The notes beneath the pieces were generated by a model. The model was not told the DNA's origin. It did no database searches and saw nothing but the letters and a program-made list of their open reading frames with translations. A stretch of DNA of 32,000 nucleotides from Pyrodictium abyssi. GTDB taxonomy: Archaea; Thermoproteota; Thermoprotei_A; Sulfolobales; Pyrodictiaceae. Position numbers and translations under genes: made by a program. Position 1 is the stretch's first letter; every line of letters begins with the position of its first letter. Below, one piece after another: positions 24,449 through 32,000 of this stretch. The DNA lies in the NCBI RefSeq assembly GCF_036323395.1, contig NZ_AP028907.1, positions 1,320,001 through 1,352,000 of the forward strand, in the 5' to 3' direction.

Positions 24449-24868
24449 GTGCTGGCAGGGTTGCCCAAGAAACGGCTTCTAGGAGAGCTACGCGAGGCAC
24501 TGGCAAGGCTTGTAGAGGAGTTCGGCAGTATACGCGAGAGGAGGAGGCTAGCGCTCACGCTCATAGCTGCGCTGCGTCTACGCGAGAGGGGCGAGCCTGT
24601 TACACCGAGCTCCGTAGCTAAAGAGGCACAGGATATCATAAAGCGTACCGAGGGCCGCATAGACTGGGGTATAAACAGTGAAGAATACACAGCAGCAATA
24701 GCAGTGGACTTGCTGCACGAGCTGGTAGAGATGGGTGTGCTAGAGCCGGATCCGGAGATACTCGAGGAGCTAGATAGGAGGTACAGGTTTAGGAGCTATG
24801 AGGAAGAGGAGGACGCCGCTAAAGAGGCTCTACATGCTGTAGCGCCGCTACTCCTAAGGATAGTGTAG
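24449..24868 (+). CDS. Hypothetical protein, probably winged-helix
   Basis: 139 aa with coding-like composition. VTPSSVAKEAQ...LLHELVEMGVLEP...RYRFRS resembles a helix-turn-helix plus wing. Confidence 0.6.
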   Translation: MLAGLPKKRLLGELREALARLVEEFGSIRERRRLALTLIAALRLRERGEPVTPSSVAKEAQDIIKRTEGRIDWGINSEEYTAAIAVDLLHELVEMGVLEPDPEILEELDRRYRFRSYEEEEDAAKEALHAVAPLLLRIV

Positions 24869-24946
24869 CGTGCCCCAGGGCCTGCAAGCTGACGCCTAGC
24901 CGCTGGGCTGCGGCAGCGTCTACGGCGGGAAGGCAGTGCTGGAGGC

Positions 24947-25105
24947 CTAGCATTTCCCGGAGAGGAGCCCCGAGGCCCCTTGGGCGACGAACATGGCTGC
25001 GAGGAGCGCGCCTATCAGGCGGCCGTCCATGATGAACGCGACTGCGCCTACTGTGCCGAGGAGTAGCGCCGCTATGTGGAGGCGGCGTGCACCCGTGCCC
25101 ATCAT
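24947..25105 (-). CDS. Unlisted small ORF (52 aa), predicted two-helix membrane peptide
   Basis: Not in the ORF track because it is under 60 aa. Translation: MMGTGARRLHIAALLLGTVGAVAFIMDGRLIGALLAAMFVAQGASGLLSGKC. GGAGG lies 11 nt upstream of the ATG, and a TATA-like ctataaattt (minus strand, plus coordinates 25147-25156) lies about 45 nt upstream. It fills an otherwise empty 420-bp gap. Confidence 0.35.
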   Translation of the reverse strand: MMGTGARRLHIAALLLGTVGAVAFIMDGRLIGALLAAMFVAQGASGLLSGKC

Positions 25106-25262
25106 GTCTGTGGGTTCCTCCATATACCACCTGCTAGCCCTCCTCTTAAATTTATAGCTTTTACAACTATTAATCCTGGCTAATACCTGTTGCGCCCGCC
25201 TACCCTAGAGGGCTCTCGTGCTCTACACGTCAGCTGTTATTACCTCCCGTGGCTCTACCTAG

Positions 25263-25271
25263 TACTATAGT
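25263..25271 (+). promoter_or_regulatory. TATA box (actatagta) for rbcL
   Basis: 21-29 nt upstream of the ATG at 25292, the spacing expected for a leaderless mRNA. Confidence 0.45.
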
Positions 25272-25291
25272 AGCGTGGGTGTGCAGGCCCT

Positions 25292-26617
25292 ATGCCAGAG
25301 AAGTTTGACGTAATATACCACGAGTTTGTGGATGAGAGCTACGAGCCCCAGGAGACCGACCTCATAGCGGTGTTCCGCGTCACCCCGCGCGAGGGTATAT
25401 CCATATATGATGCGGCTGGCCGCGTTGCGGCCGAGAGCAGCGTGGGCACCTGGACCACGCTCAGCGTTAAGCCTAGCTTCTTCGAGAAGCTGAAGGCCAA
25501 GGCCTACCGGATGCACGACCTGGGCGATGGGAGCTGGCTTGTCTGGGTAGCGTATCCCCTCGGGCTCTTCGAGGAGGGTAGCATCCCTAACCTGGCTAGT
25601 AGCGTGCTCGGCAACATATTCGGCATGAAGGCGCTGGACGGGCTACGCGTAGAGGACATAGTGTTCCCTCGTGAGTACATACGCTGGTTCCCCGGGCCGC
25701 AGCACGGCATCGAGGGCGTCCGCAGGATACTAGGCGTAGATAAGCGCCCCATACTCGCCACAGTGCCCAAGCCTAAGCTGGGCTATACACCCGAAGAGTA
25801 CGGGAAGGTCGCCTACGAGATACTCGTCGGAGGCATAGACCTTGTCAAGGACGACGAGAACTTTGCTGGGCAGAGCTTCTGCCGCTTCGAGGCCAGGCTC
25901 CGAGAGGTCATGAAGGCGATAGACAGGGCGGAGAAGGAGACGGGTGAGAGGAAGGGCTACCTAGCCAACGTGACCGCTACCATAAAGGAGATGGAGAAGA
26001 GGATCAAGCTCGTAGCAGACTACGGGAACAAGTTCATAATGGTGGACTTCCTCACGGCTGGCTGGGCTGCGCTCCAGCACGCACGCGAGCTCGCCGAGGA
26101 GTACGGGCTCGCTATCCACGGGCACCGGGCGTTCCACGCAGCCTTCACCCGTAACCCGCGGCACGGCGTCTCCATGTTCGTGGTGGCTAAGCTGGGCCGG
26201 CTGGCTGGGCTAGACCATCTCCACATAGGCACACCCGGCGTGGGCAAGATGGACGCCAAGACAGCAGAGGTGCTCGACAACGCGCGGGTACTCCGCGAGC
26301 CCGTCTTCAAGCCCAGGGAGGGCGACCTCTTCCACCTGGAGCAGGACTGGGCCGGGCTCAAGCCCGTGCTCCCGGTCGCTAGCGGCGGCTTACACCCCGG
26401 CAACCTACAGCCCGTCATAGAGAAGCTCGGCACCGACGTGCTGCTACAGGTCGGCGGCGGCGTGCTGGGCCATCCGGACGGTCCGCGGGCCGGCGCAGCC
26501 GCCGTGAGGCAGGCCATAGACGCGATACTGGAGGGCGTACCCCTTGAGGAGTACGCCCGGGAGCACCGCGAGCTGGCCAGAGCGCTCGAAAAGTGGGGCC
26601 GCGTGCACCCCGTCTAG
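25292..26617 (+). CDS. rbcL: Ribulose-1,5-bisphosphate carboxylase/oxygenase large subunit, archaeal form III
   Basis: GTWTT, PKPKLG, GGIDLVKDDE (carbamylated Lys region), HGHRAFHAAF, GGLHPG and GGGVLGHPDG. About 440 aa with no adjacent small subunit, as in form III. Confidence 0.95.
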   Translation: MPEKFDVIYHEFVDESYEPQETDLIAVFRVTPREGISIYDAAGRVAAESSVGTWTTLSVKPSFFEKLKAKAYRMHDLGDGSWLVWVAYPLGLFEEGSIPNLASSVLGNIFGMKALDGLRVEDIVFPREYIRWFPGPQHGIEGVRRILGVDKRPILATVPKPKLGYTPEEYGKVAYEILVGGIDLVKDDENFAGQSFCRFEARLREVMKAIDRAEKETGERKGYLANVTATIKEMEKRIKLVADYGNKFIMVDFLTAGWAALQHARELAEEYGLAIHGHRAFHAAFTRNPRHGVSMFVVAKLGRLAGLDHLHIGTPGVGKMDAKTAEVLDNARVLREPVFKPREGDLFHLEQDWAGLKPVLPVASGGLHPGNLQPVIEKLGTDVLLQVGGGVLGHPDGPRAGAAAVRQAIDAILEGVPLEEYAREHRELARALEKWGRVHPV

Positions 26618-26685
26618 CCGTCTACACGGCGAACTTGTTTTCTAGGAGCCGTTCTGCTCGTTCTCTCCCTCCCAGGGTTGCTGCA

Positions 26686-29148
26686 TTGAGACGACTACTC
26701 CTAGCCCTGCTACTCGTACTCCTCCTACCAGGCTACGCCGCGCCAGCACTAGCCCAGGGAGCAGGCCACATAGTGCTAGAGGCCCATGTAGGCGGCGACG
26801 GCTGGGCGTTCCTACACGCGAGGCTGCCGCCGGGCAGCTACCGTGTGGTCTCCATCGAGGGCTGGGAGCCCCGGCCGGTCAACCTGAAGCCGCTGCTCCT
26901 CAGCTTCACGCCGGACCCCAGCCTCTGGAAGCGGCTAAGCACGCTGGCTGTAGCCGGGCCCGGGGAGGCCTACAAGCCGAGGGTCGAGCTCGTTGACACG
27001 GGTAGCGGCGTGGAGCTCTACGCCTGGGCGCCGGGCAAGCCCGGGGCTAAGGTGAGGATAGTCCTGGAGCGGCTAGGCGGCCAGGGCCAGGCCGGGGGCG
27101 AGAAGCCCTCCATGATTATAATAGTGCCGAACGAGACGGGGCTGCTGAAGCAGGCCGAGAGGATAGCGGAGCTCCACCGGGGCCAGGGCCTAGACGTCAG
27201 GATAGTCACGACGGACGAGATACGCACAGCCTACGCTCCCGCGGAGAAGCCCGAGGGGCTCTGTAAGCCGGGGAGCAGCGGGCCGGACTACGACATGGAC
27301 CTAGCCCTCCGGATAGTCTCCATGCTCCGCGACGCCGAGGACGAGGGGGTACGCTACGTCCTCATCATAGGCGGCGCTGGCGACGTGCCTCCCCTCTACT
27401 ACTGTAGCCCTATACTACGCGAGCTGGTTAACCCCGAGGAGGCGGCTGTGCCTACCGACTACTTCTACGCCGACCCGGACTACGACGGCTTCGCAGAGCT
27501 AGCGGTGGGCCGTATACCCATAAGCGACCCCGTGAAGCTCTCGGTATACGTCTCATCACTGGAGAACTGGATCCAGGGCGGCTCGTGGCAGGAGAAGGCG
27601 CTGCTAGCCGGCGGGGCGCCGTTCGCCACCAGCATAATGGTCGGCGAGGACGCTGTCATAAAGGCGCTGGAGAACCTGGATGGCCTAGGCCTCGACGTGG
27701 AGACCCTGCTGCTCAGCCTCGGCAACTACGCCGGGAAGCGGTTCACGAGCTACGTAGGCGGCTACGGGCTCTACTACCTCGTGACCCATGGCGCTGGCAG
27801 CGCGCTGCTGGACTACGTGCCCGGCGGTATCTGGAACTACGACTTCGAGGAGAAGCTCCGCAGCACAGAGATAACGTTCACCAAGGAACCCGGCGTCTAC
27901 CTTAGCCCTGCCTGCCGCGCCGGCTTCTGGGACTACGACCTGGTAGACCCGCCGTTCAAGCCGCCAAGCATAGCCGTGTCTCTCCTAGAGCACGGTGCCG
28001 CCGTGGCCTACCTGGGGTTCTCGAGGATAGCCATAGAGGTGATAGACGGCGTCACAAGCGTTAACGGGAGAACCGAGGCTAGCCTAGCCGCCGCTGACGC
28101 GCTCCTACTACTCTTCATGAAGGGCCTCGGCTCCACCGAGACGCTGGGAGACGCGTGGCTCTCAGCCCTCAACGCCTACGCTGTTATGCCTGCTAGCGGC
28201 TACCGCGCCTACCTCACCGGCGGCCAGGAGGACATAGGCGAGCTGGTCCTAAGGGAGGCCATATTCCTAGGCGACCCGGCTGCGCCCAACCCCTGGAAGG
28301 GCAGCGCACATGCCCCCCGCGAGCCTCCGGAGCTGGCCCCGCCGCCCGGCAGCATAGACGTCGGCGCCGCCGTGCTGGCCATGCCGCTGGCGCGCTACAC
28401 CTCGGGCACACTGCCCGCGTTCAACCCCGGCGGCACCGAGACGATAACGCTGAGCTTCAAGGGCACATGCCCCGACGAGGTCCACGCCGAGGCGCTGTAC
28501 AGGGTAGACGGCTACTACATGATAGGCTTGGAGGAGCTACCAGCTAGTCTCAGCAGGGATGCAGGCTGCACTGTCGAGATAACGCTGCCGCCGGACTCGC
28601 CAGGCCTTCTAAGGCTCCTAGCCAGGTGGGGCGAGCGGCTCACAGCCTACTACGTCATCGCGGCCGGGGCCTGGCTCGACATGGACAGGGCAGCCATAGT
28701 GATGAGAGGGCTTGATGTCCTAGAGACCGTGGGCAACGAGCCGCTACTACTCACGGTGGACGGTGCTACAGCGTCCATAGTGCCGGGCGGCTCGACAAGC
28801 TACACTGTACCGCTACAGGCGGTAGCCCCGCTGCTCGGCAGCGACGGTGCCAAGGTCTCGGTGGCGCCCATGTACCGCCTGGACAAGATATACGGCGGCG
28901 AGTTCGTCGAGAACGAGATAGCCAAGCTAGCCAGGCTCTTCACCGTAGACGTGCCTGCCAGCGACGCCGTCATAATGCCCCCGTTCTCCGTACAGCTGGC
29001 GAGCAGAGAAGCCCCTAGCAACACCACTTACACGGCTACAAACCCGCCTCTGCTCGCCGATACAGGGCTACTCGTGCTAGCCCTAGTAGCCGCCGCTCTC
29101 GCAGCCGGGAGGCTTACTACAAGGAGGCAGCAGGAATACAGCGTCTAG
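26686..29148 (+). CDS. Secreted peptidase C25 (gingipain)-like protein with a C-terminal TM anchor
   Basis: The TTG at 26686 gives a classic signal peptide, MRRLLLALLLVLLLPGYAAPALAQG; the track start at 26593 overlaps rbcL. C25-like blocks: IIIVPNE..., YVLIIGGAGDVPPLYY, PTDYFYADPDYDGFAELAVGRIP, YYLVTHGAGS (His), VYLSPACRAGFW (Cys) and HGAAVAYLGFSR. The C-terminus is LLADTGLLVLALVAAALAAGRLTTRRQQEYSV. Confidence 0.8.
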   Translation: MRRLLLALLLVLLLPGYAAPALAQGAGHIVLEAHVGGDGWAFLHARLPPGSYRVVSIEGWEPRPVNLKPLLLSFTPDPSLWKRLSTLAVAGPGEAYKPRVELVDTGSGVELYAWAPGKPGAKVRIVLERLGGQGQAGGEKPSMIIIVPNETGLLKQAERIAELHRGQGLDVRIVTTDEIRTAYAPAEKPEGLCKPGSSGPDYDMDLALRIVSMLRDAEDEGVRYVLIIGGAGDVPPLYYCSPILRELVNPEEAAVPTDYFYADPDYDGFAELAVGRIPISDPVKLSVYVSSLENWIQGGSWQEKALLAGGAPFATSIMVGEDAVIKALENLDGLGLDVETLLLSLGNYAGKRFTSYVGGYGLYYLVTHGAGSALLDYVPGGIWNYDFEEKLRSTEITFTKEPGVYLSPACRAGFWDYDLVDPPFKPPSIAVSLLEHGAAVAYLGFSRIAIEVIDGVTSVNGRTEASLAAADALLLLFMKGLGSTETLGDAWLSALNAYAVMPASGYRAYLTGGQEDIGELVLREAIFLGDPAAPNPWKGSAHAPREPPELAPPPGSIDVGAAVLAMPLARYTSGTLPAFNPGGTETITLSFKGTCPDEVHAEALYRVDGYYMIGLEELPASLSRDAGCTVEITLPPDSPGLLRLLARWGERLTAYYVIAAGAWLDMDRAAIVMRGLDVLETVGNEPLLLTVDGATASIVPGGSTSYTVPLQAVAPLLGSDGAKVSVAPMYRLDKIYGGEFVENEIAKLARLFTVDVPASDAVIMPPFSVQLASREAPSNTTYTATNPPLLADTGLLVLALVAAALAAGRLTTRRQQEYSV

Positions 29149-29577
29149 GCATCAGCTGCTAGAACACTATACCATATACCATCGCGCGTCATGAATTTGT
29201 TTCACTGGCCACAAGAAAGCCCACTTCTACATACGTCATTGTGGTAGCTTTAGGAGTAGACGAGCGCCTAGGCTTGGACATGACGCGATAGATTATTTAT
29301 CGTGTATGGGGGGCCCTCGGTGACCTGGCCTGCTCATGGCCTAGACGGCTTAACTGCCGCTAGCCTCCGATAGTTACCGTCTGTCGAGCACCGCCTTTAC
29401 CAGCTTGCCTGAGTGGAGTCCATACAATACCATTAAAGTAGTGTACCGTCTACTCTCGTGTCCGCTATGCCAGAGATTACTGTAGTCTAGTGGCCAAGCT
29501 AAGTGTAGAGCTGGGCTAGGCAGGACATAATTCCCCTCTTACACCGGGCAGCGTGTTCGGCGACTGCGCTAAACAGG

Positions 29578-30357
29578 GTGAACGTGCGGGGGACATGCGA
29601 GGTGCCACATAAGCATGAGAGTCCAGTCGATGTAGCGGCCCTTCTCCCCTCAAGGGTGTGCGGGCTAGCAGTAGACATAGATGGCACCATAACGGAGAAA
29701 CGAGGCCAGGGTAGCTTCCGCTTAAGCCTCGAGGCCGTGGAGGCGCTGCGGCTCCTAGAGGATGCTGGTATACGCGTGATGCTCGTCACCGGGAACTCCG
29801 TGATGGTGACTGCAGGTGTTGCCCGCTATATAGGCGTGAGCGGCCCACACGTAGCAGAAAATGGCTGCCTCGTCTACCGCCGGGGTACGATAACACATGC
29901 ATGCCACCATACAGCCCGAGCCGCAGCCCGCGCTCTCGAGGAGGAGATGAGCGGGATACTCCAGCCTAGCTGGCAGAACCGGTGCCGGCTCCACGACTAC
30001 GCCTTCACAATACGCCGCGGAGACCCCAAGGACGTGCTAAGAGAGGCCAAGATGGTGCTGACAGAGAGGGGCCTCCCGGCCAAGCTGAGCCACAGCGGCT
30101 ACGCGCTCCACGTACGCCCCCCGGAGGCAAGCAAGGGGCTCGGGCTCAGCATAGCTCTACGCCTAGCAGGGCTAGACCCAGGCTGCGTCATAGCGGTAGG
30201 CGACTCAGCAGTAGACTTGGAAATGCGCGACGCAGGCGTACTCCTGGCAGCCGTCGGCAACGCCGACCAGCAGCTGCTAGAGGGGGCCGATATAGTGCTG
30301 CCCGGTGAGAGCGGCAAGAGCATAGCAGTGCTCGCCAAGGCGATACTGGGGAGGTAG
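29578..30357 (+). CDS. HAD-IIB phosphatase, archaeal phosphoglycolate phosphatase (TA0175) type
   Basis: LAVDIDGTIT (DxDGT nucleophile motif), VMLVTGNS, AENG, K..G and AVGDSAVDLEM. The start is uncertain: GTG 29578, 29584 or 29656 (the last gives MCGLAVDIDGT). Substrate assignment rests on family resemblance only. Confidence 0.75.
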   Translation: MNVRGTCEVPHKHESPVDVAALLPSRVCGLAVDIDGTITEKRGQGSFRLSLEAVEALRLLEDAGIRVMLVTGNSVMVTAGVARYIGVSGPHVAENGCLVYRRGTITHACHHTARAAARALEEEMSGILQPSWQNRCRLHDYAFTIRRGDPKDVLREAKMVLTERGLPAKLSHSGYALHVRPPEASKGLGLSIALRLAGLDPGCVIAVGDSAVDLEMRDAGVLLAAVGNADQQLLEGADIVLPGESGKSIAVLAKAILGR

Positions 30358-30470
30358 CGCTCCCCGGGGGCGCGGGCATAGACGCGTGACCTACCTGTAG
30401 CCACCGTGTAGAGCCCATGCGCGTGGATATGGGCGCCTACAGCCCCTACGCCCGTGTATAGGGGCCGGGG

Positions 30471-30773
30471 CTAGCCCTCGCCGCACAGCTCCCTGGCCAG
30501 CTCCACCCCCTTCTTGGTGAGCCCGTAGCTCCTCCTGCCCGGCCCATGTGTCTTCTCCCAGGCGAGGCCCAGGGCCACGAGCCTCTTTAGGGCCTTGGCT
30601 GCTATGCCGCGGGCCTCCCGGGGGAGGCGGGCCACAGCCTCGGGCGGAACATGGCACCTTGTCGATAGACCGCATATCCGGTAGAGGGCGCACAGTGCTA
30701 TGCGTAGCTGCTCCCTCCGGGGCCTGGCTACGAGGGGAGACGCGTAGCCAGGAAGACACCCGGAGGCTCCCAC
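30471..30773 (-). CDS. Small winged-helix DNA-binding protein
   Basis: 100 aa. ..AAKALKRLVALGLAWEKTHGPGRRSYGLTKKGVELAREL.. is a typical recognition helix, wing and C-terminal helix. Preferred over the overlapping 30391..30759 ORF, which is Gly/Pro/Arg-rich. Confidence 0.6.
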   Translation of the reverse strand: MGASGCLPGYASPLVARPRREQLRIALCALYRICGLSTRCHVPPEAVARLPREARGIAAKALKRLVALGLAWEKTHGPGRRSYGLTKKGVELARELCGEG

Positions 30774-30780
30774 GGCGCGC

Positions 30781-31035
30781 CTAGCCCGTGTCCCCGCACA
30801 CGTCGTCGAACAGCTCGCCGAGCCTCCTAGCCATATTTGAGATGTCCAGCAGCCCGCGCTCGGTCACGTGGTAGCGGCGTGCTAGAACCTCGGGCGGCGC
30901 GCCGCACACCACGTCTCAGAGGATGCTGCAGAACTGCCTATCCTTGGCCACGATGCTCCGGATCGCATACACCTCATGGCCCTTCCGCGTCAAGATATGC
31001 GTAAACGATGTCAGCGAGGACGGATTCTGGTTAGG
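30781..31035 (-). pseudogene. Small winged-helix-like gene interrupted by an in-frame TGA
   Basis: A single minus-strand frame reads ..SFTHILTRKGHEVYAIRSIVAKDRQFCSIL-TGA(30918-30916)-DVVCGAPPEVLARRYHVTERGLLDISNMARRLGELFDDVCGDTG-stop(30783-30781). Possible TTG start at 30993. The Y-x-(V/L)-T-E/K-x-G wing motif resembles that of the neighbouring gene. Confidence 0.35.
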
Positions 31036-31202
31036 CTATAGAAACGCGTATATTAGATTAGCACATGTAGTCTACGGCCCGAATGCAGGGAGTTATAGTG
31101 GTAGCCCATACCTGATATATAAATTGCTGGCCACCCTAGCACTATTGGGAACGCCACAGGCCTGCAACCCCTGTAACCGAGTGCTCATGCAGAAGCGCAT
31201 TT

Positions 31203-31207
31203 AAAAA
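31203..31207 (-). terminator. Oligo-T tract (TTTTT on the minus strand) downstream of the 31233 gene
   Basis: The minus strand reads ..gggtatttttaaatg.., 26 nt past the TGA stop. Archaeal termination typically uses oligo-T. Confidence 0.3.
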
Positions 31208-31232
31208 TACCCTAGTGTACGAGGCCGCTTGG

Positions 31233-32000
31233 TCAGCCCCAGAGCTTCCTTATTATATCTTTCACCGCCTCTTCTAGTGCTTTGACGCGGCACTCTAGGT
31301 CCTTCAGCAGATTCTCCATGTCGGCCAGCTTGGACACCATGTTCTTCAGCTCGCCTTGCAGCGCTGAGAGCTTGGCGGCAAGTATGTCTACTCTAGCGGA
31401 TATGTCGTTTATCGTCCTGGATAATAGGTCTACTTTTGCTTCTAGCTGGCTTACCCGTTTCTCAAGCTCGGTGTCCTTTGTTATCCTTTCCAGCTCTATG
31501 TTTATGCTAACAGATGAACCCACGTCCACGTTAGCCTCGGCTACGTAGTAGCCTGCTGCACGCACGAGTATCTTCACAGTCCCCTCTCGCACCGTGAGCG
31601 TCGCTTTGCCGTCCTTCCCGGTCTCCTCCACGTCTAACACATTACCCTTAGAGTCGTAGGCTACTACCACCGCCTTGGGCACCGGTAGCCCCGTGCCCTT
31701 CTCCACCACAGTTACGTAGACTGTTGGCAGCTTCGGTGGCGGCGGGAGCGGCTTGGACTTGAGAGTAAAGGTCGCTGAAGCTGATGCAGCGCCACAGACT
31801 ATTTCGACGCGGTAGTTCCCAGCAACCCATCCACCGGTCGGTATTGATGGTATGGGTATGCTAATCCCCTTAGCCGCGTCGTCGGCTGTTACGAGCATTA
31901 CCTTTACCGGCTCGCCTATCGGCGATAGCACACGTAGCGTAGCGATGTCGCAGGGAAGAGTGCCGTTCACCCTTATCTTCACAGTATCGCCATACTCATA
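31233..32000 (-). CDS. Surface/structural-type protein: Ig-like and carboxypeptidase-regulatory-like beta domains plus a ~75-aa C-terminal coiled coil; the 5' end lies outside the window
   Basis: The frame is open to the window edge (..YEYGDT precedes the GTG at 31982). VVEKGTGLPVPKAVVVAYDSKGNVLDVEETGKDGKATLTVREGTVKILVRAAGY fits a CarboxypepD_reg-like fold, and PLPPPPKLP is a linker. The C-terminal heptads are LEKRVSQLEAKVDLLSRTINDISARVDILAAKLSALQGELKNMVSKLADMENLLKDLECRVKALEEAV. Confidence 0.7.
   Translation of the reverse strand, partial: YEYGDTVKIRVNGTLPCDIATLRVLSPIGEPVKVMLVTADDAAKGISIPIPSIPTGGWVAGNYRVEIVCGAASASATFTLKSKPLPPPPKLPTVYVTVVEKGTGLPVPKAVVVAYDSKGNVLDVEETGKDGKATLTVREGTVKILVRAAGYYVAEANVDVGSSVSINIELERITKDTELEKRVSQLEAKVDLLSRTINDISARVDILAAKLSALQGELKNMVSKLADMENLLKDLECRVKALEEAVKDIIRKLWG

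Noticed and set aside
29482-29498. gtagtctagtggccaag looks like a tRNA D-arm/D-loop.
   Set aside because: I could not build an acceptor stem, anticodon arm or GTTC(G/A)AATC T-loop on either strand around it.
30916-30918. The in-frame TGA as selenocysteine or programmed recoding.
   Set aside because: No SECIS-like hairpin is evident downstream, and selenocysteine machinery is not known in Crenarchaeota. A nonsense mutation or a chance ORF is more parsimonious.
1-32000. CRISPR arrays, rRNA genes, IS elements, integrases, toxin-antitoxin pairs.
   Set aside because: I saw no regularly spaced 24-40-nt repeats, no rRNA-like conserved stretches, and no transposase or integrase motifs in any listed ORF.

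Overview
High-GC (about 60% by eye) chromosomal segment that looks like a hyperthermophilic crenarchaeon, possibly Desulfurococcales/Pyrodictiaceae-like. That placement is an inference from a type III RuBisCO, archaeal TATA boxes 25-35 nt upstream of mostly leaderless starts, many GTG/TTG starts and CTAG-rich coding. Gene order: the 3' part of a complex-I-like operon (nuoM-like partial, nuoL, nuoN); a 2.6-kb accessory islet with a frameshifted DUF3800-like gene and a low-GC gene for a ~10-TM membrane protein; a cbiMNQO ECF metal transporter (minus strand); three consecutive decayed genes (Dph6/MJ0570-type PP-loop ATPase, AsnB-type synthetase domain, N-terminally broken cbiB); an ABC-2 transporter pair whose permease has a frame break near its 3' end; an ~800-bp gene-free region with mirrored strand composition, an AT-rich core and nested repeats; a class II glutamine amidotransferase; a candidate box C/D-like K-turn sRNA; a thioredoxin-fold protein; the AmmeMemoRadiSam radical SAM enzyme; an HTH/coiled-coil protein; a glutaredoxin-like fusion protein; the UPF0210 + ACT (UPF0237) pair; Sir2; an EamA transporter; an HTH protein; a HIT hydrolase; a wHTH protein; type III RuBisCO; a large secreted C25 (gingipain)-like protein; a HAD-IIB phosphatase (phosphoglycolate-phosphatase type); two small wHTH genes, one with an in-frame TGA; and a partial coiled-coil surface-type protein. 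I recognised no rRNA, tRNA, CRISPR array, transposase or integrase. The most interesting items are the origin-like/ncRNA-like gene-free region (13729-14535), the K-turn sRNA candidate (15462-15543), the localized run of frame-broken genes (9.4-11.9 kb), the low-GC islet (about 4.1-6.7 kb), and a 28-nt element shared by two long intergenic regions. Every functional call rests on motif recognition by eye; no database search was possible.
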